Shown: positions 41,107 to 56,030, counted from the whole stretch's first letter. The stretch: DNA of 63,742 nt, filler included, from Perkinsus chesapeaki ATCC PRA-425 (GCA_013115145.1; 14 parts of 14 records of this genome joined end to end with filler, not necessarily neighbours in it), one strand, 5' to 3'. Made by a program: numbers and translations. The notes: a model not told the origin generated them from the sequence alone.

Positions 41107-41264
41107 TGTGTGATGTCGAGTTATTCCATTCAGAGTCTCCAGAATCCATCTCACTCTCATGAACTGTTTTATCTATCTAGTCACCTCCTCAATGGCGGTA
41201 GTGAATAACGGAATAGTTGTTGAGTTCAGTACACTTACGTTCTGAGAGGGTTTGCTTTTTTATC

Positions 41265-44200
41265 ATGTCGACTGCAGTGAGTAGGAAACGGTCGTCGACA
41301 ATAGCGGATAGCAGCAGTGCAGCAGCAGCACATAGTGCCCATAACTTACCAGGTGTTCATGCTAGAGGAGCAGGCAGTGCGGCAATGGGCCCATCACCTG
41401 TGGCCGAGCTACACAATGCCGCTACAGTGGATGACCTATTCAGGTAGTGTTGGGTAGTGTTCAGGGTTTGATGGGGGGGCTGATAAGTGGTCGGGTAAGG
41501 TCTTCATCTTCGGGACGGATAACGTTATCAATCACTCTACCTTTGGCTGACCAAGAGCCAGGGCTCGTCGTATGAACGCTTTGTTTCTAGGAACTACCCG
41601 CTGTCAACGGCCAGATCAGTGTTATCGTCCACTCGACTTCAAGTAGCAGAAAAAAGAGAGGAGCTGCGGCAAGTTACCGCAGAACATTATAGAGATCTCA
41701 TAACCTGCACGGACAATGTTAAGAAGATGCATTATGGCATAAGTCAGCTGCTGGAGGATACGGTACTCGACGGGAATACGTCGGCTTTCCACATCTGGAT
41801 TCATCATGAGGGGATTTCCTTGCATCGCTCGCTGTTGGTCAGACTCGTGTGGCGAATGAGAGACGACAGCTGACCACAACCTGCGAGACTGCGAGATATG
41901 ACCTTCCAATGAATACCTTCAGCACAGGGCTCACTGTGGCTGTGAGTCCTGAGTTGGAGCTGGGCAGGGAGCTCAAACGACTGCTGGATATGAGTGAAGC
42001 TGTATGGCGAATGATGCATGATAGAGGATTCACTGCAGCTGCGAAGTAGTACTGGAGAGTGTCCGAACGCCGCCCAGCCTATGGTATCTTCTTGGGAAGC
42101 TGACTATGATGTCGTTAATAATCACGAGGTTTGGAAATCACAAGTAACCTGTTCTTACTGCAAATGAGGCCCGTGAAAAGACACCATGTCGGGAATAATG
42201 CTGGACTGAATGTGTCCTTTCACCATTTGCCGGTGCGATCGTTATCGCGTAGCCTATGCCGCATGATTGTTGCTCTGGTAGCTGGCGCTGGGTAAAATCG
42301 CTCTTTCTGATCCCGCTAAAACCGCTTTTTAAAATCGCTCTGGTAGCGAAATTCTTCGTGGAATCTTCCCGACTTGTCGGATAATAGTTGGCTAAAGGTT
42401 TTGCCTCTCCATCAGATACTACCTCGTGGATCTCCCCAATCTGCAAGCACGGATAGCTTCACTGAAGGATAAATGTCCGGATACTAAACTGCCAGTAGCA
42501 GCCTTGTTAAAGCAACAGGCTAAGGCTGGTCAGGATGTCCCTAGCACAATAAAGCTCAGCTGCAAGCAGGTGAGGTGGTGGTAGCTGTTCTCTTGGAATC
42601 TATACTTTCCACTGGCACTTGTGAACGTAGACAGTCTGAAGCCGGAAAACGTTTTGATCTCGACAACTGGGTGTCCCCCAGTGGCTGGTGAAGGGCTTTA
42701 AGGTCGATATGTTCTGGCCATAACAGATCATATCATGTTTATTATCCTACTAGATTACGAACTAAGTTACTGTTATGGAGTGTCACTGTATAGTTCATAC
42801 CGAGGTGCCGGAGCTGCAATGTCTCGGGACCAGGAACGGTCTGATGTATACTCGGTGCTCCTCCTTTGTCAGGCATTGGCTTCCCTAAATCTCACTTTAT
42901 CAGAGATGCAAGAATGCTGTGCAGTGCTGCTTTTGATGGAAGTCCCCGACGCGGCTGGGAAGATCTCAGATGATGCAATAGACCAGTTGCGGTCTGATTT
43001 TTTGGCCGCTAGAGAGTCCTTGATTTTCGGCAGTGCGCAGTCAGTGGAGGATCGAATGTGTGCTTTCGAGTCCACCTTGCGGATGGTTTCTTCGGGAAGC
43101 TGCGATTACCGGGCCATTGTCGAATGTGCCAAACGGAATGGCTTACCTATAGCGACCGACAATATTGAGGCGCGCGGGAAATTTATCATCGATGGTGACC
43201 GGAAAGCCAAGTGGAAGGATGCGGTTTTAGATGCAGCTGCGAAAGACGCGCGGAAATGTTCGGATTTGCGTAATCTCACGGTTCTGCGAAATCGATTGCA
43301 TGATCGATTGGAGGAATATCTTCGTTCCCTGGGCGATGAGCTGGCTGGCGTTAGCGATGTTAGTTTATGGCCTGAAGTTGACTCGGCTTTTCAAGCGGCT
43401 GGCTTGAGACTTCTTAAGGAGGGACTCCCAAAATCGGGGAAGATAACCGACCTTACCGAACACACAGTGGAATCTTTGGAATCTTCCGCGTGCGATAGCC
43501 AGCTCTGGCAAGATCCTCGTACGGTGGTCATTGACGTTGTGGCGACGTGGCTATCTGAAAGATGCGATGCTCTTCTGAGTGCGGATCTCTCGGACTTCAA
43601 TATTGAGGACATCGGGGATGTGGCACTATACAGCAGTGCACTGCTCGGCTATACAGACTCCCCGTCGCTCTGTGCCCAGGACGATTTCTGTAGGATACTC
43701 TCCTCAGTATCGACTGGCTCTGTTGTCAGTAAGAACTCCTCCATCACTTCTTTCGTGTGTCGCTCTGGTGATGCGGTAGGCAGCCAGATGGCTGCTGCTG
43801 TGTCGGGCTGTCAGCCACTGACCGGTAAAATGGAGAAGATATGCGAGAGGTCGACTCGAGCCTGGTGCAGTGGAGACTTGCTCGCGCACGTTCATGAAGA
43901 GACACCCTATCAGACTGCGTGGAGGGTATCTTCTGCATTGCTTTCCGCTGGATCAGAGTCAACAGCTCGAGTGTTGTCGATTGTCAAAACTAACGCTATT
44001 GAGAAGTACCCCGACAACAAGGACCTTCTACGGTATCTTGACGGCGGTCTGGATGATTCTAAAAGTGCTCTGTTATTTGTGCCGCTATCGAATAGAGGCG
44101 AATCCCGGGAGAGCAGCCCTGGAGAGCCGGCCCCGGTGGTGATCGACAGTGAGCCAGCATTTTCCCAGCAGTCCGTGCCTCGCTTTGCAACATTACCGGT

Positions 44201-44399
44201 GGCTAGCGGGCGCACCCGTCTGAGTTCTATAGTTGCCACACCGAAAGCTGTCACTGGAACTACTGCTGTGAAGGGCGCAGAGGAGAAGTCTGGTGGAGCA
44301 TCATCAATGCCGTATGACTTTGCCAGCTTCTTTTCGCAAGTAGGGTCGAATCTCAGCCACCTGAAGGTCAGCTACACCGAGGGTATCAGAAGAACCTAG
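41265..44399 (+). CDS. COG1: Conserved oligomeric Golgi complex subunit 1 (Vps51/COG1 domain), multi-exon
   Basis: QVAEKREELRQVTAEHYRDLITCTDNVKKM and LKRLLDMSEAVWRMM match the COG1 N-terminus. A helical 554-codon terminal ORF follows. Confidence 0.72.
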
Positions 44400-44499
44400 G
44401 CATCACTGATTTCATTTCTGTATCATTTTTCTCACAACACTGCAGCATTGAGTTCGGCGCTGATGGCCAAGAACGTCGAGTTAGTTGGGTACCGCCGAA

Positions 44500-46222
<1,723 letters not shown>

Positions 46223-46652
46223 ATACAAGTATCATCTCTACGTTATCCTCTCTCACCTGATCCGTGTTCCAGTTATGTCAATTAACGGTCCCCTCCTACC
46301 GATAACGATGCGGAATATGTCATCGATTGTCGGGAACTTCTTCGGCGTAAAGAAATTTTCGGTCTCTATCGAGCTCTCTAGCGTTCTTGATGGACCCTCC
46401 GCTGGAGCTGTTGTTGAACTAGAGGTGCTTTTCGACACCTACCTGCAACACCTTCTCGACATCCATTTGGAAGATAGTAGCTTCTACTTGGACGGGCGAA
46501 TGAAATTTGAAGCATTTCCTCCATATTTGACATACATGCTGCGCCCGTCCCTACAAATCTCCTTTTCCCGCCAACCTGTGTAGGCGAACATGTCAGTGTA
46601 TTCCAGCTCTGCTTGCACGTTGATTCCAGGTGTATCGCCGTTGATAGTTGAC

Positions 46653-49600
46653 ATGAATTTTCTTTTCATCGTCTTCGTTGGTAGCCTCCCCTTAGTCGTC
46701 GGTACTGAGCGGTGTGGCGCACAACTTCTGAGGCCGATAGCAGAGGGTGTTCGACAGCTGACACGATACCACAAGGAGGCCTTGTCGAGCAGGGATGTGG
46801 AGTTAGTTGAGATCATCACAGCATATCAAATACACAAGTCCGTCTGTCCTCCTTACTCTAGTGAAGGCCCCGTGCAGATCTTGCGAGTCAGCGCTTGACA
46901 CCTTGGACGCTCTAGCGGACACGGTGCTTGCGGAATGCTGCCAGCAAGGGGCGACTAATGTGAGCCTGTGGGGGAATCCAGCGGAGTTCAGCTTGATTCT
47001 TAGGCGCGTGACTGCTTGCGGTCTAATGCGCGGCGATTCCTGGCTAATGCACAGTACATCAGTCATACAGTCATTGATGAGGAACAGGAGGAGAGGCTCA
47101 TGGCACCTTTCACTCTGCAAGAAGGACACTGTCCCACCCAAGAGGTCAGCGGACTTCACGCGCCCCAGCTCTTCTTCATTTGTATGATACCAGGAGATTG
47201 AGGAAGCAGTTGATCTGATTGTCCAGCGTCTAACAAAGCCTCTGATAGAGGACTCTCTCAGCGCTTTCCAAGTGCCCAACACTATGGCCCGTGAGCTCGA
47301 GCCGGACTATACAATAGATAAAGTAACGTAACTTGCGTAACTAACTGGGTCCCACGGCCCTAGGCGACTGATGCCAGTTTTCATCAGCGGTCGCGGAAGC
47401 TGGCTTCGAGGCATTGCGATCTTCCATTCAGGCGCTTATGGATCTGATCCCGCACGCAACCGCAGCTTTGCTTAACCGGACATCCTCAGCTCTGATCAAT
47501 GCTGACTTTGTTGACTTTCTATATCATGGGGGAAGAGTTGATCTGCGACCAGCGCATGCTCGGGGACTTCCGACACGAAAGGTGCTGTCTCCCTCCGTCC
47601 TTCCAGCTTGGAGCTCCCTACATGTTATGGTTTTGAGTTCCTTGAATGTGCCCCATCCCTGCTACTCTACCTCGCGGAGCGTTTCACTTTCATATATGTC
47701 AAATTAAATCACAGTGCTTGCGTATCTTCTCAAGGGTATCGGACGAGGTGTGTTCCGTCAGGCAGCATCACTCGAAAATGAAGGAGTGTCCGAAGTTAGC
47801 GGCAGCAGACTGTTCGCCACCTTCCATGTTGATTCCCGCCACTACCACAACCGGGCGAGACCGTGGCAGGTAGGGCGTTCTAGAATCACACACTCCTCAG
47901 TATGGTTGTCAGATTTGTGTAGATGAAGCTACAGCAGACCCAACGCCTTGCAGTCAATCGGCGGGATATCTTTTCCATGTATAACCATACGCATGATTCT
48001 CCAACCTCAAGTGAATCTTTTGATCCGAAATGTTCCATTGGAAGCTTTGAAGTTCGGTTGTCATCAGGTTAATCTATTTCCTCCATTCAACACATCGGTG
48101 GAATACCATGGGTCTCTGTCCACCACTGAGGGACCTCTTAAACTGGAGATCGACAACGCCTTCAAGAAAGTTCATGAGGCAAGTACATTGTTCTCCTTCA
48201 TACTCCTCCTTGTGGACAGCACTTTAGGAGGAGCTCTTCGAACAGGTTCCCTATTATGTATCTCGCTCAGCAGCTCTAGGCTCCGTAAGGGCAATTTTCC
48301 ACTCGATAAATCACTGGTCTCCTGAAGAGGTCTACGTTCATCCGTTGGTAGGCAACTGTCAGTTCATTGAGAAGTGAGTATGGCCGAGTTTATGGCTGCA
48401 CGAGCTCCGCGATCAGATTGCTAACAGCGAGCGTGCGGCCAAGGAAATTGTATGTCCCTATCAATCCTCTCCTTGGATCCGAAGCTGTTACCGTACCCGA
48501 GCATACAGAGTGGATGAAAGAAAAACATGAAGAGCTCGTCAAAGGCAACCCTTCTGGACATGGTGTGGGGCCAACTCTCCGGGCCTTCTGCTCTCACCCG
48601 CCCCCGCCACCGCTGCCGAGCCTTGCTAGACCGTATTTAGCTATTTGGCTCATCCTTGGAAATCCTCACGAATACGAATCTTTGCTACCTCGTACCTTTC
48701 TATCAACTTGCGTTGTTTCCATCATTACTGCCAAACGCACAGATGTTCTGGTCAGTTACATCTCAGTGTACCACAGAAGGCCACAGGGGCTTGCAGGGAG
48801 ACTCGATGTAGGTGTGCATCGGGGAAGCTCGTCAACTGATATCGTTATTATCGGTACTATCGACGGTACTATGGATCCCATAATACCGTCGATATCACTC
48901 CTGGATCTTTGTGTACTCCTCATTTGGTATTCAAAGGATAAGCTTCTCCCCATTTCAGCGGCGGAGTTGCCTACAATGCCTCCTGCATGAACCTGCCTTT
49001 GGCCGACATTTCTGATGTGGAAGATCTGCAATCGAGATGCTCTCTCGCCGGAGCCGAGGCTCTCCTCAGCCCACACGGGTAACGCTTAGTTGATTGTGTT
49101 TGCGCAACTGTGGTGTGCACCACTTTTGGGAAGAAAGCTTGAAGACTGGGACTCCCAGTCTGGGAGACATCGTGAGCAAGCGGCTAATCCATCATTGTCA
49201 GTTACGTTGCCGAGGCAATAAGAGGAGGATCGTTGGCCGTGTTCCAGTGGGCACCGAATGCCGAGGAGGACGCCGGCAGACTTAAGAGGATATTCACTTC
49301 TGATTGGACCGCTAACCCCCTTACAAGGTCAGCTAGCGTCTGTTAGAGCAGGCCGACTGTAACCTTTGGCGAACTTCAGGTACCTTTTACAGGATTTGAA
49401 CGACTCTTCGATGACGAGCTCAAAAAGCACTGGCAACTACTGGGGAACCGGTAGACCGCAAAGTTCTAAGACTTGATGCTGCAGCGCATCCACAGGAGAG
49501 AATCCAATCCCTCGAACGCCTCTCACTGAATACTTTGTCCAGCGGGATAATCGAGGAAAATGTATCAATGATTCCTGTGATTGTTTCCCTCCCTTTCGTG

Positions 49601-51929
49601 GGAGGCTCTGTGAAGATACTTCCCCGCCAAGACAGGTGGGCCGATAATCTTGAAAGCATCGCCACCGCCGATTGCCGTTTTGAGCAGGCGCCTTCTTCCA
49701 CGGAGGGTAGTCAGTATAAAGCCGTCATACACTATCTCGTGCCGAGCAGGCCCCGTGAAGTTAACGAGTTAGCATTCGGGCTGAGGAACCTGTGGGAAAT
49801 GTACAACCATCTAAAGTGAGCCTGCAGCCAGCACCAGTGGTATAACTTATACCGTCGGTATACGGCATATTTACATGACTCATCGAGTGGATTTATAACC
49901 CATGCCATACGAATTATTCACCGACCTGCCTGGTTCACCGACAAGTGGGAACTGCTGGTGGAAGTTTCCCACGTAATTCCGGCTCGTTCTGCTCACTGAT
50001 CTTCCCTCGGAGGTAATTAAAACTTTTAGACTACCATAACGGGACTACAGCAAACTCGTTACTGTCATTGAACTACACTACTCCTGGGCTTTCCGATTGG
50101 GTATAAGTCTTCAGCCCCAGACCTGCTGCAAGAAGATGTGCCAGATTTTGTTGCCCGGTTCACTTCAGAGATCTCCCTGTCATTATATTCCACGACGGGC
50201 TCACTGCGGAATTCAGACACCAGCTCGTTCATGCATCACAGAATCGCATCTGGTTCATGTAGCCTGACGCGGCCGCCGACCGGCTCGGAGCTGTTTTCAT
50301 CAGCTACATCGAGTTTGATACGATTCCTCCGCACGTCATGGATGAGATGAAGCCGCAGCCAGCTAGCATCGGGTACAGGCAAGCCATTCGGTGGCGGTCC
50401 TGGCCGATCTACAAGGAAAAGTGCTGGGCAAGGTTTGACTTACGTCGGCTGGCTCAATGAGCGGTGGTCGCCAAACAGGTTTGATTACGCTCTCACGCTC
50501 GACACCGATTCTTATCTGCCCGGCCAGTGGGATCAGAAAGAGGATATCTTCGATTACATGCACAACCGCAACCTCACCGCTGTTTTTACGCATTTTGGCC
50601 GAGAGTCTGCCGCAGCCGCTGTGAATTTCCTCCAGTTAGAACAAACCCAGCTTGCCATGTCATTAATGTAACGAGGTTCTTCCTTCTATACTGCAAACTC
50701 CACGCGATCGACCCGCGAGGCTCATCCATAGCTAAGGCGCTGATAGAATCTAATTTCAAATGGTATCAGCAGATCATCGAGCTGGACTTCGAGGCGGTTA
50801 AGCTGTCTTGGTTCGTAAGTTGACGTTTGAAGCGGTTGATGAGTATCTTCCCTTTCGAGGTTGACAATGATGCCTACGAGGATCTATTCCAATTCATGGA
50901 CTCTACAGGAGGCTTTTATAAGTTTCGATGGGGGAACAATCCATTTAGGTGGGTGCAGAGACCGTTCATAGGACCGTGGTGCTGATTAAATTGGGATTGT
51001 TTTTTATTGTCCCAAGAGAGCGTCAACTGTTCGCTTGCCTTCGGCTATGATTTATAAAACTCTGGGAAGGCGTATTTGGCCTGCTCTTCCTGACTATTCA
51101 TTGTCTACTTTTTATGACCACGGCTTTATGGCCGAACCAGACCTACGGAGGTGTTTGTTGTGCCGTCAGGACATTCGCCTTAGCTCTGTTGTTGCCAGAG
51201 GACAAGATGGCAGCCTTGAGGGTATCTTATGCCCACCAAGGCTTTTGTCAATGTGACGATGGCCAGAAGTGAGAGACGTCACATATCGGCTCTTACGATC
51301 TTCTATGCGAGCAAAATTGCAACGTTGCTTGTACACTGCACTGATAAAGGAGGCTCAAAGTTGTTCACGAAGTTTCGAAATTCCCTTCACCGTGATTCAT
51401 ATACAGTAGTGTATTTGCGCAGATCTATCCCGCTGAGATAGGTTTTTGCAATCTATTGATTTGCTCGCGTTACCTCCAAAATTGCTGCACTACTCTCTTC
51501 AGATGTTACCGTTCCTCTCCTGCATCACCCTGGCAGTGCCCCTCGAGAGCTCCCCATGTGTTTGAGGCCAACATTTCCATCTCCGAGCTGCTTCGTCAAC
51601 TACAGCCTTGGCGGGGCACCGAAGAACAACGAAGCCGTGTGGAGGAGATAGCCGACATGGTGGACAATCCAAGCGGGAGTGATGAGCTTCCTGCGAGGCT
51701 TCGATAAGTTTCATGCCGATGTGTGTTAAATTGACCATGTCTCGAATTGGCGCTCATTGTCATAGATAACAGACCGACAAACAATCTTCTAGTACCCAAT
51801 GGGCTTGAATTTCTCAAATCGCTCGTCGGAGGGTCAACAAGTCCCTTGACGTTGGTATCTTCCATTCTCTGTATGCTTGAACCTCTCAGAGATTGCAGAA
51901 CTCTCGATTGTGTAGATCTGCTGGCCTGA
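46653..51929 (+). CDS. GT15 (KRE2/Mnt1-type) alpha-1,2-mannosyltransferase-like protein with a long N-terminal extension; could be two genes
   Basis: The GT15 domain spans about 49500-51270: AVIHYLV...LAFGLRNLWE, FDYALTLDTDSYL...DIFDYMHNRNL, LDFEAVKLSWF, YEDLFQFMDSTGGFYKFRWGNNPFR and TFALALLLPEDK...YAHQGFCQC. Upstream + strand exons with canonical splice sites start at MNFLFIVFVGSLPLVVG. Gene ends are uncertain. Confidence 0.72.
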
Positions 51930-52047
51930 AGTGAAAGTGTTACAACTAATCAAGTTCGGCGATACCGTGGAATAATCCTCGGTGGTCATTACTGTGTTGA
52001 TCGCTCGAATGGAAACCGCTCTCATCCCCAACCAGCCTCTCTCGGTT

Positions 52048-52269
52048 ATGCTTCCTGTAGCTGCTATTCTCTGCACTCTGCTCGTACTCGGAGCAGTTTT
52101 GGGCAGTAAAAAGCGTGGTAGGTCTCCATCGCTCGGCACTAGGAATGTATCATCTTGTCTTAGATCCAACGGAAGTCCTCAACTGGACACCTGAGCTATT
52201 TATCACAGCCAAGGCGTCGCCCTGCAAAATAGCAATAATAGGATCGGGTATGGCGGGTGCCAGTGCAGC
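52048..52269 (+). CDS. 5' end of a secreted FAD-dependent oxidoreductase (prenylcysteine oxidase-like)
   Basis: Signal peptide MLPVAAILCTLLVLGAVLG, an intron, then KASPCKIAIIGSGMAGASAA (GxGxxG) ending at a GTAAG donor at 52270. The remainder is not in this contig. Confidence 0.55.
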
Positions 52270-52379
52270 GTAAGTCTTATGTTAAGAGGGTCTCGGCCTT
52301 GGGATCTATCTACCCTCGAGGAAATGTATCCCTAGAGGGACAAGAGGGGTCCCCTAGGCCGACCCGGGCTAATTGATTC

Positions 52380-53298
52380 TATCTACACCATTTCAAGAAC
52401 TAGTTAGTAAAACCCAAGACCAAATTGGTAAAAGCCCGAACAAATTAATATAGCCAAGAACAAATTAGTAAAAACCCAGAACTAATTAATATAGCCCAGA
52501 ACAAATTAGTAAAAACCCATAACAAATTAATATATTCCCAGGTCAATTTAGTAAACAACTCCCATTGTGTCGGAAACTTGCCTACATCATGTAAGCGACA
52601 TGCACGTCTACATGTAGTTAATACCTTACGTATATTGAATGTACACTATAGGTTACAACGATGTTCACGCTCCGACAGGCATGTCCTCCATTGCCAAGCA
52701 TCGTGGATAAAGCGTTTGTACGTGATTGAAACACCTTATGCAGGTCCCCATTGTTATAGCATCCACGCCTTTTTGTAGGAGCATCTCGCAGTATTGTAGA
52801 CGGTACTCAGTTTTCGTTCTTTGCCCTCTGCCGTTATCCCACTGCTCGTCAAACAGTTGCTGCCTGGTCGCTGCGTTCTGTGTTTTCATTGCTTGCTTCG
52901 CGGCAGAGAAACAGTCTTCTATGGGATTAATTGAAAAAGAATTATTCTTTTATCGAATTAAAATTTGCAGAATTTAAGAATATTCACCTTATTATAAGGT
53001 GACAAGCGGTGCAAGCGCGCACCTGTTCAAAGAGAGATGGCAGTGGTACAGTATGATGATAGTTTTTGCTACCTTTGGCGTCGAACACGGCTTCCAGCCC
53101 CGAATGGGCTGGGGCATTGTCCCCGACGAAGGTCAGGTCGGCGAGATTCCGCCCGCTAGCAGATATTGTGTCTAGCATCTCTTCAACAATCGTAGCACAT
53201 ACAGCTTTATTTATACTTCCTCTCTTAATGCGATGGTATACGAGGCCAGTTTGCATTATTGCGCAAAAGCAGTGAATATTGGGGCCCTTACTGGAACC
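52380..53298 (-). mobile_element. Tc1/IS630-like (DDE_3) DNA transposon, 3' part with subterminal repeats
   Basis: FVGDNAPAH (second Asp) and NPIEDCFSAAK (Glu), with C-terminal CFNHVQTLYPRCLAMED* ending at 52665. Degenerate repeats of about 20 bp at 52400-52560. The frame is broken between segments. Confidence 0.8.
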
Positions 53299-53398
53299 NN
53301 NNNNNNNNNNNNNNNNNNNNNNNNNNNNNNNNNNNNNNNNNNTTAATTAATTAANNNNNNNNNNNNNNNNNNNNNNNNNNNNNNNNNNNNNNNNNNNN

Positions 53399-54525
53399 AT
53401 TCGCTTATTCAAGCATTTACAATCCACAGGGGAGACCTTTTCTCTTCAACCGTGTGATACTCAGGTTGGTATGATCAATGGTTCTGGTTGTAATATTATT
53501 GGCAAGTTAGTTGGTCTACCGGTGAAATTTGGACATCGGATTCAGCGACAAGCAGATTGTTTCGTTCTGGAAAGTTCGAAACACGACTTGGTACTTCCTC
53601 AACATCTACTTGGCCCCTGTGTATGGCGGATGACTGGGAGACCAGACCACCCCGACGAGCTCCTCTTCGCGGCAGATTTGGCTAGCCTTCCCGAAGCACT
53701 GGTACCCACTGCCTCTTCTCTTTCGTCGTTTCCAGTGGCCTGCAATGTCATGGAAACGAGTTCTAGTGACTCGCCGGTGGTGAATGATGATGAAGATCAA
53801 CGTTGCTGTGAGGTTGCTATCCCTTGGAAGGGCGAGCGAAGACCACCCCAGAACTTCGACCAAGTCTGGCGACGAGATCAGAAAGTCGTCCAACGGCTTC
53901 GACAAGACCCAATGGTATATCGTATTTTTTGTCAAGCGGTTGACGAACTATTCAGTGCTGGCGTGGTCGACATAATGCCGCAAGGCGAAGATCCTAAGTT
54001 GTTTGCTGAGCATTATATTGCAACGGTACCAGTGGTTAACTTGTCCCGAACCTCAACTAAAGTTCGATTATGCCTAGATGCTCGCCAGTTAAACTCCTAT
54101 ACTAATACGAGCAGTGATGAAGAGGAAGCAGAGCTAGATCTATTTTCCACCCTCATCCAGTGGCGATCTGGCAATCTAACGACCATCGAGGATCTGAGCA
54201 AGGCATTTTGGAGTGTTTCGGTCGATAAGGCCGATAGGTCGTATCTCGGCATGGTTATTAATCAGGTCATTGTGAGATGGCGGGTGGTTCCCTTTGGAAC
54301 CAATTGGTCTCCATGGGCGCTAACTTCGAGCTTAAGGAAGACACTTAATACGTTATCCCCTATTCAAAGTTCCCTGATAGGGTGTTATATGGACGATTTG
54401 GTGATTTTCGGCCAAGACCTAGAAGAACTTGTTACTACTCGAGATGCTGCTGTTCAAGCTCTTCAATGGCATGGCTTTAAGATCAATGAGTCTAAGAGAG
54501 CCCATAATATGACCACCCACGACTA
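53399..54525 (+). mobile_element. Bel/Pao-like LTR retrotransposon pol fragment (protease end + RT), uninterrupted
   Basis: 368-codon ORF containing HYIATVPVVNLSRTSTKVRLCLDA, DLFSTLIQWR, EDLSKAFWSV, VPFG and YMDD (54386-54397). Both sides end in gaps. Confidence 0.88.
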
Positions 54526-54625
54526 NNNNNNNNNNNNNNNNNNNNNNNNNNNNNNNNNNNNNNNNNNNNTTAATTAATTAANNNNNNNNNNNNNNNNNNN
54601 NNNNNNNNNNNNNNNNNNNNNNNNN

Positions 54626-55880
54626 CTGTAGACAGTCTTCCATCAGCTCGCTCATACCCAGGAATTCACTAGATATCAGAAGTGCCACGGCATTCCCAGC
54701 GTCTGACAGACGACAATTGGAGCAGCCTGGAGCCCCTAGGCTCTACTAGGTGTAGAGAATAGAGGCTCTGGCTTCATGCCCAGCTTTGACGCCGCCAAGG
54801 ACCGAGGCATGGGACCACCTATTTCGTTTCGACTGCGTCTTGAGTTTCCAGTTTCACTTATATATTGCATCAACCAAGAGAAGGTATTAATGTCGCACTG
54901 CACCTGAAGCAACGGCGATTACAGTAGACCTTATTGCGCAGGTCTACTGTGATATCGTATACGCACTTCCAGGTCCACTAGCCATTAAATGCTTTTCGAA
55001 ATATGGCATTTGATTGACCAGGAGATCCAAGCGACAGTTGAAAACCTTCGTCGTATGTTTTTGTTCGTCTCGAACCTTGATGGTCACTTGCGGGTCCCTT
55101 TCGGCTTCGGTCGGTTGAGGCTCGACTGGAGGGATTCGTTTTGTGCGGCATGCTTTTCTGCCGCCTCGGTTGGCACGACAGGATGTGTTGTATCTGCTCT
55201 TGTCGCATATCAAAACCGCACTGTTTATGAATGACAGAGAAGGCGACTCTAAAAGATTCCTATGGCTCATAGCATATCCTGTCGCCTTCTCGAAGATTCA
55301 TATCTAACGTGCACGTATTGGTTATTCTGTGAGGGTTTCCCTTATGAAGATTCTTATATGATTATCGAAAAAAGTTTCTTGGCTGTTACAGCAAATGTTC
55401 CATGCGAGGCTCATATTTTTAGTCTCACTCGAGTCCCAGGAATGTTGCATGTAGTTTGCTGGGTGCTGCTAAGCTGCAGCTGCTTCCTCTTACCATGGAA
55501 AAGTAAGTGCTTCGTCAAGATTATACTGTAACTTACACCTATTATACTACAAATTTATGAAGGCCTCGACGAGCACCAACATTCCTCCCACACCGAATTT
55601 CTCAGGACCTAGGTTGACTCGAAAGTACCAACTATCACATTCGAACAAAAGGCGCGGAACTGCGCTCGACCGCAGTAGCACTGCAACTTCGTGGTCTACT
55701 TTCTTCATCGCGGCTTGCATGCTTTTCGTGATTCTCAACAGGCACTGAGGATGGCCTAGTGCTTTGCCTGGTAACTGCAGCTGAGCGATCTCCTCTTTTT
55801 GCGACGAGCTTCTCGGCGGACACAACGAGAGGTAGATCAGCAGCATCACAAAGCTGGGCTGGCAGAAGGGAACCTATCAA
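54626..55880 (-). CDS. SANBR: SANBR/KIAA1841 (DUF3342, BTB-like) homolog, partial
   Basis: Exons read VTIKVRDEQKHTTKVFNCRLDLLVNQMPYFEKHL, VQCDINTFSWLMQYI and GNAVALLISSEFLGMSELMEDCL. Confidence 0.75.
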
Positions 55881-56030
55881 TGAGATATGTAACAAAGTTT
55901 ACAAGTAAAAAGAGCACAGCTTTAGAATGNNNNNNNNNNNNNNNNNNNNNNNNNNNNNNNNNNNNNNNNNNNNTTAATTAATTAANNNNNNNNNNNNNNN
56001 NNNNNNNNNNNNNNNNNNNNNNNNNNNNNC

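Noticed and set aside
46253-47282. Minus-strand ORFs (159, 111 and 61 aa) and the + strand ORF 45870-46583 as separate genes
   Set aside because: Canonical splice sites support + strand exons of the 46653 gene. ORF 45870-46583 is a read-through of CWC24 exon, intron and intergenic sequence.
51982-52194. C-terminal transmembrane anchor making the GT15 protein type I
   Set aside because: The hydrophobic stretch starts with an ATG (52048) and splices in frame to a GxGxxG exon, so it is better explained as the signal peptide of the next gene.
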